A stretch of 63,654 nt of DNA, the filler included, from Octopus bimaculoides (taxonomy: Eukaryota): NCBI RefSeq assembly GCF_001194135.2. It is 9 parts of 7 records of this genome, joined end to end, with 100 filler letters (N's around TTAATTAATTAA, not from the genome) between each part and the next. Parts side by side here need not be neighbours in the genome. Positions count along the whole stretch, not along the records: positions 1 to 10,747 come from NC_068983.1; positions 10,848 to 24,499 come from NC_068989.1; 7 more parts are not named here. One strand, given 5' to 3'. Below, piece by piece: positions 1 through 13,240 of the stretch. The notes beneath the pieces are model-generated. The model was not told where the DNA came from and searched no databases. It worked only from the letters and a program-made list of their open reading frames with translations. Every line of letters begins with the position of its first letter. Within the stretch, counting starts at the first letter, position 1. Made by a program: the position numbers and the translations under genes.

Positions 1-33
<33 letters not shown>

Positions 34-590
34 GTCTGCGTGTTTGTGAGCGTGTGCGTATATGTGTATGCATGTGCATGTGTGTGTATGTGGAGTGAGA
101 GAACGAGTGAAAAAGATATACATGCATATGCACACACACACATCAAAATACATGAGTCCGACAAAATATACTTTGTTTCGATCGAATACTCAACTACGTA
201 TAAAACAAATAGAAGTTACTTAGTAATTTGGAAGTTATAAAAGAAGGACGCAGTTCTACGTCGGATGTAATTGAAAGAAACATAAGCCTATTTTTGTTGC
301 AATGAAACATTTCTCAATTACGATGAAAATAAAAATGGAAGTGAAATATCAGTACAATAGTACAAGTATGATACATAAGGAAAATTGCGGCAAAATCTTG
401 GACGACAAATTACAGAGAATATATGGAATGGACTTGATTGCTGGAAGTTGAAAGATAGCATGGAGTTATGTGGCAAGAGTGAAGTAGTAGATAACAAGCC
501 GAGAGCGCAAGAATGCAGAGTAGATAGGCTGGTTGAAAACTGTATACAGGGAGAGAGGAGAGAAAGAATTTCAGATTAATGGAGGGGGAA

Positions 591-641
<51 letters not shown>

Positions 642-674
642 NNNNNNNNNNGAGAGAGAGAGAGAAAGAGAGAA

Positions 675-708
<34 letters not shown>

Positions 709-1215
709 GAATTGTATTAGTGTTTGAATAAATAAAATGCAACGTGTGAAAATATTTAGGTGTAGGTCATTCCATAATCATAAATGTAAGAAATGGGGAC
801 AGACGATAAAATAAAATAAAAAAAGAAACAATAAGAAAAATAATTGGCAGACAGAAGAAATGGATCTCTCCTCCTCTGGCCGAAAATCCTGGCTTCATTC
901 GTTATCTCGGATAATACCACGTACAATGACATTAAATAAAAATAGCTCGTGTTCACTACAGCAAAGAACTGGTAGATTAGGCCAGAAATACTAGAAATAC
1001 AAAAATAAAAATAAAAATAACCTAATGGAAAGAAATAACGCAAATAAGTATCAATCTTTCCTTTTTTCTATTCTTGTTTCTTCTGTTCACATATGTGTGT
1101 GTGTTTGTGTGCGTTTGTGTGCACGTGTGTTTACCACCGATTGCGCGTGTTACAGCCTTGTGCATATTCAATGATTAAATATCTTGCTTGGATGGTGGAA
1201 AAATGTACTGCTAAG

Positions 1216-1270
<55 letters not shown>

Positions 1271-1301
1271 CATCTATAAATATATACATATATATACATA
1301 A

Positions 1302-1342
<41 letters not shown>

Positions 1343-1351
1343 AAAATATAT

Positions 1352-1417
<66 letters not shown>

Positions 1418-1427
1418 NNNNNNNNNN

Positions 1428-1493
<66 letters not shown>

Positions 1494-1494
1494 A

Positions 1495-1651
1495 TGTTGG
1501 CGTTAGGAAGGGCATCCAGCTGTAGAAACTCTGCCAAATCAGATTGGAGCCTGGCGTAGCCATCTGGTTCACCAGTCCTCAGTCAAATCGTCCAACCCAT
1601 GACAGCATGGAAAGCGGATGTAAAAACGATGACGATGATGATGATGATGAT
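1495..1651 (+). mobile_element. 3' end of a retroposon (RTE-type SINE/LINE tail) with (GAT)n tail
   Basis: TTGGCGTTAGGAAGGGCATCCAGCTGTAGAAAC...CAACCCATGACAGCATGGAAAGCGGATGTAAAAACGATGACGATGATGATG. Resembles, from recall, RTE-associated 3' tails ending in GAT repeats; 5' truncated into a (TA)n tract. Confidence 0.6.
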
Positions 1652-2487
1652 ATGCATACATATATATATATATATATACTAATATTATACATGCCTCTGT
1701 GTGTGCGTGTGTGTATGTGCGTGTACAGCAAAAGAGTTCAACTGTATTTTAATAACTGGCTTCATTCTTGGCAGAACACTTTTCAAAGACCGGTTAAATG
1801 TAGTTTAGAGTACAAATTCGATAACTGGCTAATGTAAATGTGCGCGGCTGAATAGAATGGTAGTATGATTGGTCATAAGCATAGCCTTTTAGGGAGTCGT
1901 ACAAAAAGAAGAAGAAAAAACAAGATGGTGGAATAGATAAGAAATAGTTAAATGGTAGGAGTGGCAGTTTGCGTAAGCATATTTAGAGCGCTGAAATAAA
2001 ACCATGAGTCAACAATATCCATACATATAATAACAAAGATGTGAGAAAACATCGTGAAACTGAACTAACGAAAAGTTCCAGATAAGTAGGCATATTGTGA
2101 AAAGGAAGCTATATATGAATAAATGAAATATCGTGTTGGTAGGCGTTGCATGTGTGTAACATTGAGTGAGAAAGGAAGTGGGGAGGAATGGAAGAGAAAT
2201 TAATAAACAGAGTGGCCGGTGTGTAAAAAGAAAGAGACGCAAATAAGCAAAGACAAATTCGTGAATAAGGAAGAATATATCCGGTAAATAAATTGGCGTG
2301 TCTTTTGGCAGAAAGAGATATAGGAAAATGAACAAAAATGAATAAAAGGTGACTATTTGGTCTCATTTTTGCTCACTTACAGAATTCTCTCATTTATCTG
2401 TCTTTCTCAGTTACCTTTGACTTACCACATTATCGATCTCTTTCTAACTACGATACATACATACATACTTACGTATATACATACATA

Positions 2488-2852
2488 CTCTTTTACTCTT
2501 TTACTTGTTTCAGTCATTTGACTGTGGCCATGCCGGAGCACCGCCTTTAGTCGAGCAAATCGACCCCAGGACTTGTTCTTTGTAAGCCTAGTACTTATTC
2601 TATCGTTCTCTTTTGCCGAACCGCTACGTTACGGGGACGCAAACATACCATCATCAGTTGTCAAGCGATGNNNNNNNNNNCACATGCATATATCCGACGG
2701 GCTTCTTTCAGTTTCCGTCTACTAAATCCACTCACAAGGCTTTGGTCGGCCCGAGGCTATAGTAGGAGACACTTGCCCAAGATGCCACGCAGTGGGACTG
2801 AACCCGGAACCATGTGGTTGGTAAGCAAGCTACTTACTACACATCCACTCCT
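2488..2852 (-). mobile_element. tRNA-headed SINE, family A (near full length, 10-N gap inside)
   Basis: Aligns by eye to 17229-17640, 5808-6222, 51173-51512 and, in reverse, to 26129-26497 and 46467-46756. On the minus strand: head AGGAGTGGATGTGTAGTAAG...GGTTCAGTCCC (B-box-like), tail GAAACAAGTAAAAGAGTAAAAGAG. Confidence 0.9.
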
Positions 2853-3123
2853 ATACATACATTCATTCATACATACATACATACATACATACATGAGTGA
2901 GTGGACAGACGAAATTTCCACTCAGCATCTTCGTCAGGAGTTACATACATAACTTAATATCAATCGTTTTCAGCATCATACGACTGAAAGTCTTGTAAGC
3001 TTGCTATGTAGCTCATGTATCTATGAGCCTACGAAGTCGTAAGTTCTATGGAGTTGAGTGACACAGTTATTAAATCGTATGTATATATGTATGTATATAT
3101 GTGCATATATATATACACATATA

Positions 3124-3175
<52 letters not shown>

Positions 3176-3564
3176 NNNNNNNNNNNNNNNNNNNNNNNNN
3201 NNNNNNNNNNNNNNNNNNNNTGTGTGTGTGTGTGTGTGTGTGCGCGTGTGTGTGTGTGCGTGTGCGTATGAGTGTATGAGAGTGTGTATGTGTTCACAAA
3301 CGCCAGACAATGGAAATTATATGGCCAACAATTTAATTTTAAACTTCTGAATGTTTAATCATTTTCCACCCCCTACATCTGAGCACATTTCTTCTTACAC
3401 ATAACAGTTAATGACCCACGATTCAGTCTGGTATTTTGTTTTTTCCTCTCACAAACTTCATACGCCTGCTCATATTGAGAGACAAATGGAATCATCGACC
3501 ATATTTACTACTGCTCAGAATGATTTTTCTGCTGGTTGAGCTCACTATCCTTGTGAACTTACGA

Positions 3565-3641
<77 letters not shown>

Positions 3642-5807
3642 ATATCTGTATGTAAACCAGAAATAGAATATTGGATTTATGCATGTTAAATATAAATGCA
3701 GAGTAAATAGTGCTGGACATATAGGCAGGTGATATAATATAATATTATTATAAAATTTACTGTGAACAAGTAATATAATATATACTGTTATATAATATTT
3801 ACTGTGAACAATTTAAGCTGCCAAAAATGGCTTTTGCAAACATCTACCTCGGTAAGACAATTCATTATTTTTTACCGTCATATTATATTAGTTTGTACAG
3901 GAGAATGTCAGAAGTATTTAAACAGAAGTACGCAGTTCGTTCAATTCCTTTTTGTTACAGGATAAGTTGTTGTTGTTTTTTTTATCATATGCATAACCAT
4001 GAATCATCCTTACATACGAATTTGTGATAAGAAAAGATAAGAAAAGATAAGAGGCAGTACAGGTTTTTACGGGTCACGCTGTTGGCGCTTGCTAGAATGC
4101 AGGTAAACGAGTTGGTGATATGATAAGGACGATGATGGGTGCCTGTGAGGATGGTAGTGTTGGAGAGATAGGGGTAAGTACAGCAGCGTGAGGAGTGAGG
4201 GGTGAAGTGGGGAGGGGTGGATGAGTTAGATGTGGGAAAGGTGGTGGGAGAGTCGGTGGGGTGGTGGAAAGCTGGAAAGACAGAGAGAAGGAGTAAGTGC
4301 GTAGTGGGGCTGGAGTAACGGAATGGTTGAGGTGAGGATGAGGGGGGAGTGTATCGAAGCGGGAGGGGTGGGTTTAGTGGCATCGGGTGTGACAGAATGA
4401 AGGAGTGAGTGGAGTGTATGTTGTTTAGCTTGAGCGAGGAACTCGTGGAAAATATGATTTAAATGGATTATGAAGCTTAGAGTGGAATGTGGAGTGGAAC
4501 AGGAGGCGAAAACCGTTGTGGATGAGGTGGTGGTGAAGGTACGCGGCTAGAGAAACGTGTTTTTTTGAAAGTCAGAAAGGAAAGATTAATAGAAGGCTGA
4601 AAGCAGCGGAAAGGAAGCGTGAAAAGGTGTTTCTTTAGGCGGTGGTGAAGGTGAATGAGGAAAGATTCGTCAACGGGTATGCTGGAAAAAAGAGAAATAA
4701 ATAAAAAGAAAATAAGATGAAATGGTGAGAAAAGGGCAAAAGTAATGACGTATGAAGTATAAAATTTCAAAAAAATCGAAAGTCGTGAAGAGAAGAAGAA
4801 AAGGAAGAAAAGGTGAGAGAACGAGAAGAAAAGAAAAGAAAATGAAATAAAAGAAAAGGTTAGATAAAGATAATGTAACAACGTAAGGAATAGAAAAGAC
4901 AAAATTCTAAAACGTTCAAACGTCGTAGTATATCGAAGCGATTTTCCATCAACGGAAGAGTCCAGTGAAATCCGTAACTATATCCAATAACAATTAGGGT
5001 GGAGTGCTGGTATATAGATGAGGAGAGGTGCAGAAATTTCACGCAGTCGTTGAGATGTGTATGTCCAAAGACTAGGAGGATAAAGCAGGATAAAAATGGT
5101 GTGACCACGTGAGCGTATAATATATCGTTGAAATTTACAAATAAACAAAAGACGAAGACATGTGTATGAACAACAAGCGAGCGTATTAGTTTGACACTCG
5201 GGAAAGTGAGAAATTCTTTTACGTTTCGAGCCTACGCTCTTCACAATGAAGGAATAAGAGAAAATGATCAGAGAGGGAGAGAGAGAGAGAGAGAATAAAA
5301 AATAAAGAAAAAACAACGTGGATTTAGCAATCAAGCATAGCGACTAGTTAACGTTAAGGAATAAAGAAATAGGGATTTTTATTCCATAAATGTAATTACT
5401 AGCACTCTGATACAATCCATTTCTTGCTAGCCACATCGAATGATACGGAACATATACAATTGTTTAAGATAAACGATTAAACGGTAATTCAGTCGATAGG
5501 TAAATCCTGAGTTCACTTCATTGGATTTCATGTACTACACAGCGTATATAATCAATATACAAAGAATACTGGAAAAATATACATCTTCAAAAATTATTGA
5601 TTACCGTATTATTCTCACCCGACACATGTTTCTGTTGGATAGGCGTCTTAGTATCCGTTGGTGTATCATTTGTGTGCATTTAGTTGATTCATTTGCGGTA
5701 CATATTCATCCAGAGTAGACATTCTTATGCCTACTATTCTATAAACGGGTTTGCAAAGTGAGGTTCTTAAGCATACGCCTGTACTTGCGTCTATGTCTAT
5801 ATTTGTT

Positions 5808-6222
5808 ATCTTTTATTTCTTTCAGCCCTTAGACTGCGACCATGCTGGAGCGCCGCCTTGAATTTTTAGTCGAATGTATCGACCCAAGTATTTATTTTTC
5901 TAAAAGCCTGGTACTTATTCTATCACTTTCTTTTACCGAACCGCTAAATTACGCGGACGCAAACACCAGCACCGGTTGTCAAGCGTTGGTGGTGGGACAA
6001 ACACGAATACAAAGAGTGACACACAGACAGACACATACAGATAGACACACACGCACACACACATAAATATATGCGACGAGCTTCTTTCAGTTCCCGTCTA
6101 CTAGATCCATTCATAAGGAGGCTATAGTAAAATATACTTGTCGAATGTGCTACGCAGTAGGATTGAACCTAAAACCATGTGTTCGGAAAGCAACTTTCTT
6201 ACTGCAGAGCCACGCCTGCACC
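5808..6222 (-). mobile_element. SINE family A, diverged full-length copy
   Basis: Same ordered motifs as 17229-17640: CATGCTGGAGC..CCGCC, GGTACTTATTCTATC, CGGTTGTCAAGCG, CTTCTTTCAGTT.CCGTCTAC, GGCTATAGTA, ending CACGCCTGCACC. Confidence 0.85.
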
Positions 6223-6271
6223 TATATGTTAATATTTTAAGAAAATAAATTGTTCATATTTAAGTAATGTG

Positions 6272-6445
6272 TTTTTGTGTTTGTGCTTGCTTCCGCAACA
6301 TCTTGACAACCGGTGTGTTTTCGTTTATGTCTCCAAAACTTAGCGGTTCGCCAAAGCAAACAATAGAATAAGACTCTGTAAAATTCAACCCTTCAAGGGT
6401 TGGCATTAGGATGGCTGTAGTCTAATGAGTGAAAAAAGTAAATAT
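6272..6445 (+). mobile_element. SINE family A, old 3' half
   Basis: CTTGACAACCGGTGTG..TTTATGTCTCC..AACTTAGCGGTTCG..CAAA..ATAGAATAAG..GGATGGCTGTAGTCTAATGAGTGAAAAAAGTAAA matches the 3' half of 46467-46756. Confidence 0.7.
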
Positions 6446-6462
6446 GGACACATATATGCATA

Positions 6463-6596
6463 CATGTCTCCGTAAACTAGCGGTTCAGCCAAATAAGCGA
6501 CAGAATCAGTATCTGTACCACTTAACCCTCCAAACCGGTGCCCCAGGATGGCCGCTGTCCAATGAGTGTAAAAAAAAAAAACAAAGCTAAAAGATT
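6463..6596 (+). mobile_element. SINE family A, second tandem 3' fragment
   Basis: ATGTCTCCGTAAACTAGCGGTTC..GACAGAATCAGTA..GGTGCCCCAGGATGGCCGCTGTCCAATGAGTG matches the family A tail. Confidence 0.65.
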
Positions 6597-9503
6597 AACA
6601 ATTTGTGGAATTTTGAACTGCGGCATAAAACAGAAAAAAAAAAGGGGAGAAAAGAAAACCTCGTTTACGCGAGATTAACCTCGCAGTTCTCGGTTCATAG
6701 CAATACAGATTAAACAAATAGGATCTAACGTATAAACTCTTAAAATAAACGTCCATAAACTTTTTACGAGATGCGGTGAAATTATTACCTCACCTCGTCA
6801 TATGACTGTCTTGTTGTAAGCCATAGCTACATAAGAATCGCGCAGATTTTTAAGTGGTTGCTACGTTGTACTTATGTAAAGTTTCCTTATGATTTATGCG
6901 AGAACATATACAAAAACAACATGTAATAACCCTCGTAGAGTTTAAGAGTCGTCAACAGTATACTGCTAACATTTTATATGAATAAAGAATGCAAACAATG
7001 GAGTGAATTGGCGTAAGTTAGCCGCTGTAAAACTTTCCAGTGCACACAGGTTAAGTCTACTTAAACGCACCCAATTAGAAAGTAAAAAGAATTTAATTTT
7101 ATTTTATTTTATTTTATTTTCACAATCTGTTTCTATGTGCTTCCAACCGAAAAAGCCCGATTGAGCGAAACCGTGGTTCGGAAATGTAATCCTTCATTAC
7201 CTTACACATGAATAAACAAACATTGAAACAAACCTTACACACACACGTAAACGCATCACACACAGCCACACACACATGTTTTATGTGTATATANNNNNNN
7301 NNNNNNNNNNNNNNNNNNNNNNNNNNNNNNNNNNNNNNNNNNNNNNNNNNNNNNNNNNNNNNNNNNNNNNNNNNNNNNNNNNNNNNNNNNNNNNNNNNNN
7401 NNNNNNNNNNNNNNNNNNNNNNNNNNNNNNNNNNNNNNNNNNNNNNNNNNNNNNNNNNNNATATATATATATATATATACATACATACATACATATATAC
7501 TCCCACACATACACGCATACACATATGAATGTGTACATAACCGTATATTTATATGCATACAGTTGTGAACATATATGTACACGCTTAAGCATACAAGGAA
7601 ATTATAACTCGGAATTTTAAAAAAAGAAAAAGAAAGAAAGAAACACCTATAACATAACAGCAATAATCTTGACTTCAACTTTAACACTGACTGGATGTAT
7701 AACAAAAATCGATATCGATTTAAATTTTGAATCATATCAAAGCAACACAACAGGATTCAATGAAAGAAATTAGAACATTGGAACTTACTTCATGAGAGAC
7801 CTTCTTCTACACTCTTGTCGAAATTGTGTTTGCATCGTTAACTATATACCGTTTCTACATCTTTCTTGTGTTCCCTTATCTCATATATATATATATACCT
7901 ACATACATACTCACATATACATATATATATANNNNNNNNNNNNNNNNNNNNNNNNNNNNNNNNNNNNNNNNNNNNNNNNNNNNNNNNNNNNNNNNNNNNN
8001 NNNNNNNNNNNNNNNNNNNNNNNNNNNNNNNNNNNNNNNNNNNNNNNNNNNNNNNNNNNNNNNNNNNNNNNNNNNNNNNNNNNNNNNNNNNNNNNNNNNN
8101 NNNNNNNNNNNNNNNNNNNNNNNNNNNNNNNNNNNNNNNNNNNNNNNNNNNNNNNNNNNNNNNNNNNNNNNNNNNNNNNNNNNNNNNNNNNNNNNNNNNN
8201 NNNNNNNNNNNNNNNNNNNNNNNNNNNNNNNNNNNNNATATATATATATATATATATATATACATAAATATATATATATATATACATATATCTATATTTA
8301 TCTATCCATATATCTATATATACACATTTATTTATACATATGTATACATACACACACCCACAAGCACACATGGACACATAAAGATGTAGCAACGATGCTG
8401 CCGCTGCTGGTTGCTCTTCGCTTGATTCTAATAAACGTCTTTGCTTTTTAACACTATGCATGTATGCAGGATGCTTTCTCAAGAAAAATACCTAGGATTT
8501 CTGGCTTCCTAATGTATATGCATGATTGCTAAGATACACGAGATGCTATTCTGCACAAATGCCGTTTCCGTGTGACGTAACAAATATATAAACACACATA
8601 CATATACATACATACATAAATACACACATACGTATGTATATATTTATACATACACACACACACACACATATATATGTATATATATATTTATAAATGTGTG
8701 TGTATGAACATCTACATATATACATATACATAGTTATATATTTATAGTTAAATATAGATACACATGTACAGACGCGCGCGCACTCACTCACACGCACGCA
8801 CATGCACACCGACACACCCAAACTCATGCACAGATAAAAATGGAGTTACATGGTCAAGGACTTACGTAACTTCGTTACATTTCATTGATACTCTCTTGAT
8901 ACGAATACAAAGCATTTAATTTATATTCTAAAGAAAACTATAGAAATTCGGGGAAGTATGAGATTGAAATGAAAATGTGAAATCTATGAAATATTCAGAA
9001 GATTCTGAAATGAACCTTAAAAAGTTTGTTGTCGTGTCGGTAATAAAGAATAATGTTCTTTCATATCAGAGAATGTTTACTTATGTTTTTCATGTAAGGT
9101 AAATCTTTTAAGTTTTACAGAATTGAATTTAAGTAAAGCTAACAGAGTATCAGTTTACCACTTTGACATAATAACATACATACATACATGCATACATGCA
9201 TACATACATACATACATACCTACATGCATGCATACATACATACATACATACATACATGCATGCATGTATACATGTATGCATACATACAGACATATGTGAG
9301 TTTGCGTATGTCTGTGTATCTGTGTGTGGATGTATATATGCCTGTTTACACATATGATCATTCATAAACATATATTGCTATTCCTTTTTCCACAGCTTCA
9401 CGAAACGACATGAAACAAATAACAACATGAAGGAAGGTGTGAAATTATAAATCCAAGAAAATATATAATTGCATACGTTTTGCGCGTACACACATGCATA
9501 CGC

Positions 9504-9552
<49 letters not shown>

Positions 9553-10370
9553 TTGATGGTTAGATGGATGTGTATGAATTTACGTTTGTAGTGTGCGAAT
9601 GTGTGTGTATGTAGGTACGTATGTGTGCATGTTCCCAGATCGTATGAATTTCTTTCTAGACTTTGACGTATCGGAAAACACATTGCGTGATTAACTATTT
9701 TAACGTAGCTAAACGTACAACACAAACAGATTATTGGTAAAAAAAAAGCAATTTGTTATTCGAAACTGACAAGATCGGCAGGTAAAGTGACATTAGTTTC
9801 TTGTCTGACATGTTACAATGATGAATGTTCTAATAAATATTTTAACGAAATGTGTTCTTATAGTAGCTGATTTACAAGCTTGAAATACAAACAAGAGAAA
9901 TGAATTGTTAATATGATTTGATCCTGCTCTGTCAAATATATTATATATGAATGCATACACGAGCACACAAGAATATGTGCATACATACACAGACATACTC
10001 ACAACTGTACGAACAATTCGTTTACAAACGCACATATATAGGATACAGATAGCAAGAATAATCACGAACGGAGAATAATTGCATATATTCAACTGTACAT
10101 AAATCTTTAACTGTCAATTATTGATCTACAAAAACTTTCTCACGACCACATGTCGGGTACACGAAAACCGTACGTTCGCATATACAAACACCCGCCACAA
10201 ACATATATAAATGTTTGCTTATCGTTTTAGTCAATTTGTACATAAAAAAAACAATTTTACATTAAACTGAAGGATCAGTCACAACTAATGCTGTATATTT
10301 ATTATCTTTTACATGGAAAAAGTTGACAGTGATTCCTAACGACTACTTAAATTATATAGAGACATATGTA

Positions 10371-10401
<31 letters not shown>

Positions 10402-10419
10402 GAAGAGAGAGAGAGAGAT

Positions 10420-10470
<51 letters not shown>

Positions 10471-10791
10471 CAGAGAGAAAGCGAGAGAGAGAGAGAGAGG
10501 AAGAAATAAAAACAGTTTGTGAGTGAAAAGCAAATTAGCCTACAAGAGATAACGCCGAGTAGTGCTGCAAAGGATACGAGATCCAAATCCTTCATCCAGG
10601 ATCAGCGACTTTGAATGGTAGATGTAAGAGTAATCCTTATCGAACTATTATGGTATTAGTACGGTAAGATAAACTCAGTTACGGCTGAGATATATTTCAT
10701 GGAGAATAAAATACAGGATATATGGTACACATGATTATATATATATANNNNNNNNNNNNNNNNNNNNNNNNNNNNNNNNNNNNNNNNNNNN

Positions 10792-10803
10792 TTAATTAAT
10801 TAA
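10792..10803. other. Artificial six-frame-stop linker TTAATTAATTAA (first of 8)
   Basis: The same 12-mer sits between N runs at 10792, 24544, 30725, 37769, 47694, 54216, 61230 and 62473. Confidence 0.95.
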
Positions 10804-10852
10804 NNNNNNNNNNNNNNNNNNNNNNNNNNNNNNNNNNNNNNNNNNNNTGTAA

Positions 10853-11162
10853 AGGCACGTAGCTCAGTGGTCAGGGTATTCGGCTCAATATATGTTGTAG
10901 TCGTGAGATCGATTCCCGGCGGTGTGTATTGTCCTGAACAAGACATTTTACTTCTCGTTACTCTAGTTTATTCTACTGGCAAAAAATGAGTGCTACATAT
11001 AGTTCAAAGTGCCCTCTATGTCACACTGAATTTCCCTTACAACTACATTAGGTTTAAGCGCGTCTACGGAGTACTCGGCTACTTGCATGCTAATTTCACG
11101 AGCAGGCTGTTACGTTGATGGAATCAACTTGAACACTGGCCGTCGCATCTGTCGGAGAGCCA
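10853..11162 (+). mobile_element. tRNA-headed SINE, family C1 (old copy)
   Basis: Head GGCACGTAGCTCAGTGGTCAGGG (A-box) and GAGATCGATTCCC (B-box-like). Central TGTCCTGAACAAGACATTTTA and tail TAATTTCACGAGCAGGCTGTT are colinear with 52806-53118. Confidence 0.8.
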
Positions 11163-11384
11163 AGCCAAGATCTAGTGTTACACATGTTCTATTCGTTTAA
11201 TCAAGATTCAAGAACAACAATCCTTATCATTACCTGGTAAAAGGTATCAAAATTTATCCTAAGTGTTTTGATAGTGTTATTAATTTCAGTCGTTTGACAT
11301 TTATAGTATTGTAATGGCTTTCACTGGACCGTTTAGCTAGCCAACGGACTGCTTATAGAGTATTCACCTTATAAAGTATTATAT

Positions 11385-11781
11385 GTTGTTGGCACTGTTG
11401 TTTGCACTCCATCGCTTACGACGTCGAGGGTTCCAGTTGATCCGATCAACGGAACAGCCTGCTCGTGAAATTAACGTGCAAGTGGCTGAGCACTCCACAG
11501 ACACGTGTACCCTTAACGTAGTTCTCGGGGATATTCAGCGTGACACAGTGTGACAAGGCTAGCCCCTTTGAAATACAAGTGCAACAAAAACAGGAAGAAA
11601 GAGTGAGAGAAAGTTGTGGTGAAAGAGTACAGCAGGGTTCGCCACCATCCCCTGCCGGAGCCTCGTGGTGCTTTAGGTGTTTTCGCTCAATAAACACTCA
11701 CAACGCCCGGTCTGGGAATCGAAACTGCGATCCTATGACCGCGAGTCCGCTGCCCTAACCACTGGGCCATTGCGCCTCCAC
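11385..11781 (-). mobile_element. Full-length tRNA(Arg)-like-headed SINE, family C2, with 12-bp target-site duplication
   Basis: Minus-strand head GGCGCAATGGCCCAGTGGTTAGGGCAGCGGACTCGCGGTC..TTTCGATTCCC (A/B boxes, TCG at an anticodon-like position). 3' ~170 bp shared with family C1. AAAGTATTATAT flanks it at 11373-11384 and 11782-11793. Confidence 0.9.
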
Positions 11782-11903
11782 AAAGTATTATATAAATTGT
11801 ACAATACAATCAAGAAGATACTTTTCGAACACAGAATTGCCTTTAGAACAGCAGAAACACTAGGTAAATTACCCTTATAAAGCAGAAAAATTTGTCAACA
11901 AAT

Positions 11904-11972
11904 AGCCATGGGACTTGGACTCACATTCCCCAAGACTGCGGCTGAGTGCTTTACCATTAAGCTAAACTGCTC
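11904..11972 (-). mobile_element. Degenerate tRNA-like SINE head
   Basis: Minus strand GAGCAGTTTAGCTTAATGGTAAAGCACTC..GAGTCCAAGTCCC resembles A- and B-boxes; no intact cloverleaf. Confidence 0.4.
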
Positions 11973-13209
11973 GCTGACAAATTCTCCCGTCGATTAAGAC
12001 GCTAGATAGCTTATTGAACAATACTTGTGTATTTTTCTGCCTTGTAAGGGTATTACTGCTGTCCTACCGGAATTCCCCGTTCGAAAAAATATCTTCTCGT
12101 TTGTAACGCGCAACAGATATTTCGACGCTTTTGATAAAAACAAATGCTAGTTTGTTTATATTTACACTCGTGTATTATGTAAATATATACAAATGAAACC
12201 AATTGAACTCTAGTTGGACGAAAAAATGGATCAAACCCGAATAAATTTGAAATGAGAATGTAAAGCAGCGTTACCATCTGCTAGAATGCATTTGGTCCAG
12301 AAACTCCACAGTTTCTGTAATGTCACCGCCCCGATCCAGGTCTTAATGATCAATGATTCCTTCCTCAAACGCTACTGTCTCATGCATCATTATACACAAG
12401 GGGATACAGCTTGTTAATCAATTGGTGTATTTTTAGGTTGTATTTTATTTTCTTAATATATCGTTGTCTCTATGTTGTATTTTCTATTTTCTTCTGCAAA
12501 ATTATTTTTGATGAAATTACAACGAATTCTTTGTCTCCCAAAAAGAAGTTTAATAAATATTGTTCTGAAATCTAAAATCTAAAATCTTAAATCCATTATT
12601 TTCGTTATTTCATTGAAAAATTTCTTTGCAATCTTTCTCTAATCAATGAATGTGTGTATGTATGTGTGTGTGTGTGCGTGTGTGTGCGTGTGTGTGTGTG
12701 TACATAGATATAGTTATGCCTGTTTGTGTTCAGTCGTATGTGTCGTGTGATTTACTTATGCGTCTTACTGACTTATCTTCAATCGTGTGTGTTTGCATAA
12801 TATAATATAGTTATATTTACATACGTAAAAATATAGATATACAGACGTATATACCAATTTTAGTGTGAATGCATGTGTGTGTGTGAGTTTGTGTGTGTTT
12901 GTGTGTGTGCGTATAAACACATCGTATGGTATTGTACAATTAAACCCAAGCATACACAGGCACGCATATACAAATACACAGACGTGGCGATGTAGAGAAT
13001 CATCATTGTGTCTATGTGCATATCTCATATCCGTGTATCTGTTTCTTGTGCCTGTGTCTGCATGCACAGTTATACGTGGCTACCTGTTGGCGTATGTGCG
13101 TAAATATGTGATTACGTATATTTGTAACATCTACGTTATGTTTAACATCAAAAATACGCACACACATCGATGCACACACATACATACACACACACACATA
13201 CACACACAC

Positions 13210-13240
<31 letters not shown>

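Noticed and set aside
2905-2940. Minus-strand CTGACGA..GAAATTTCGTC hammerhead-like motif
   Set aside because: Stems I and II do not pair; better explained as a short GACGAA/TTCGTC hairpin.
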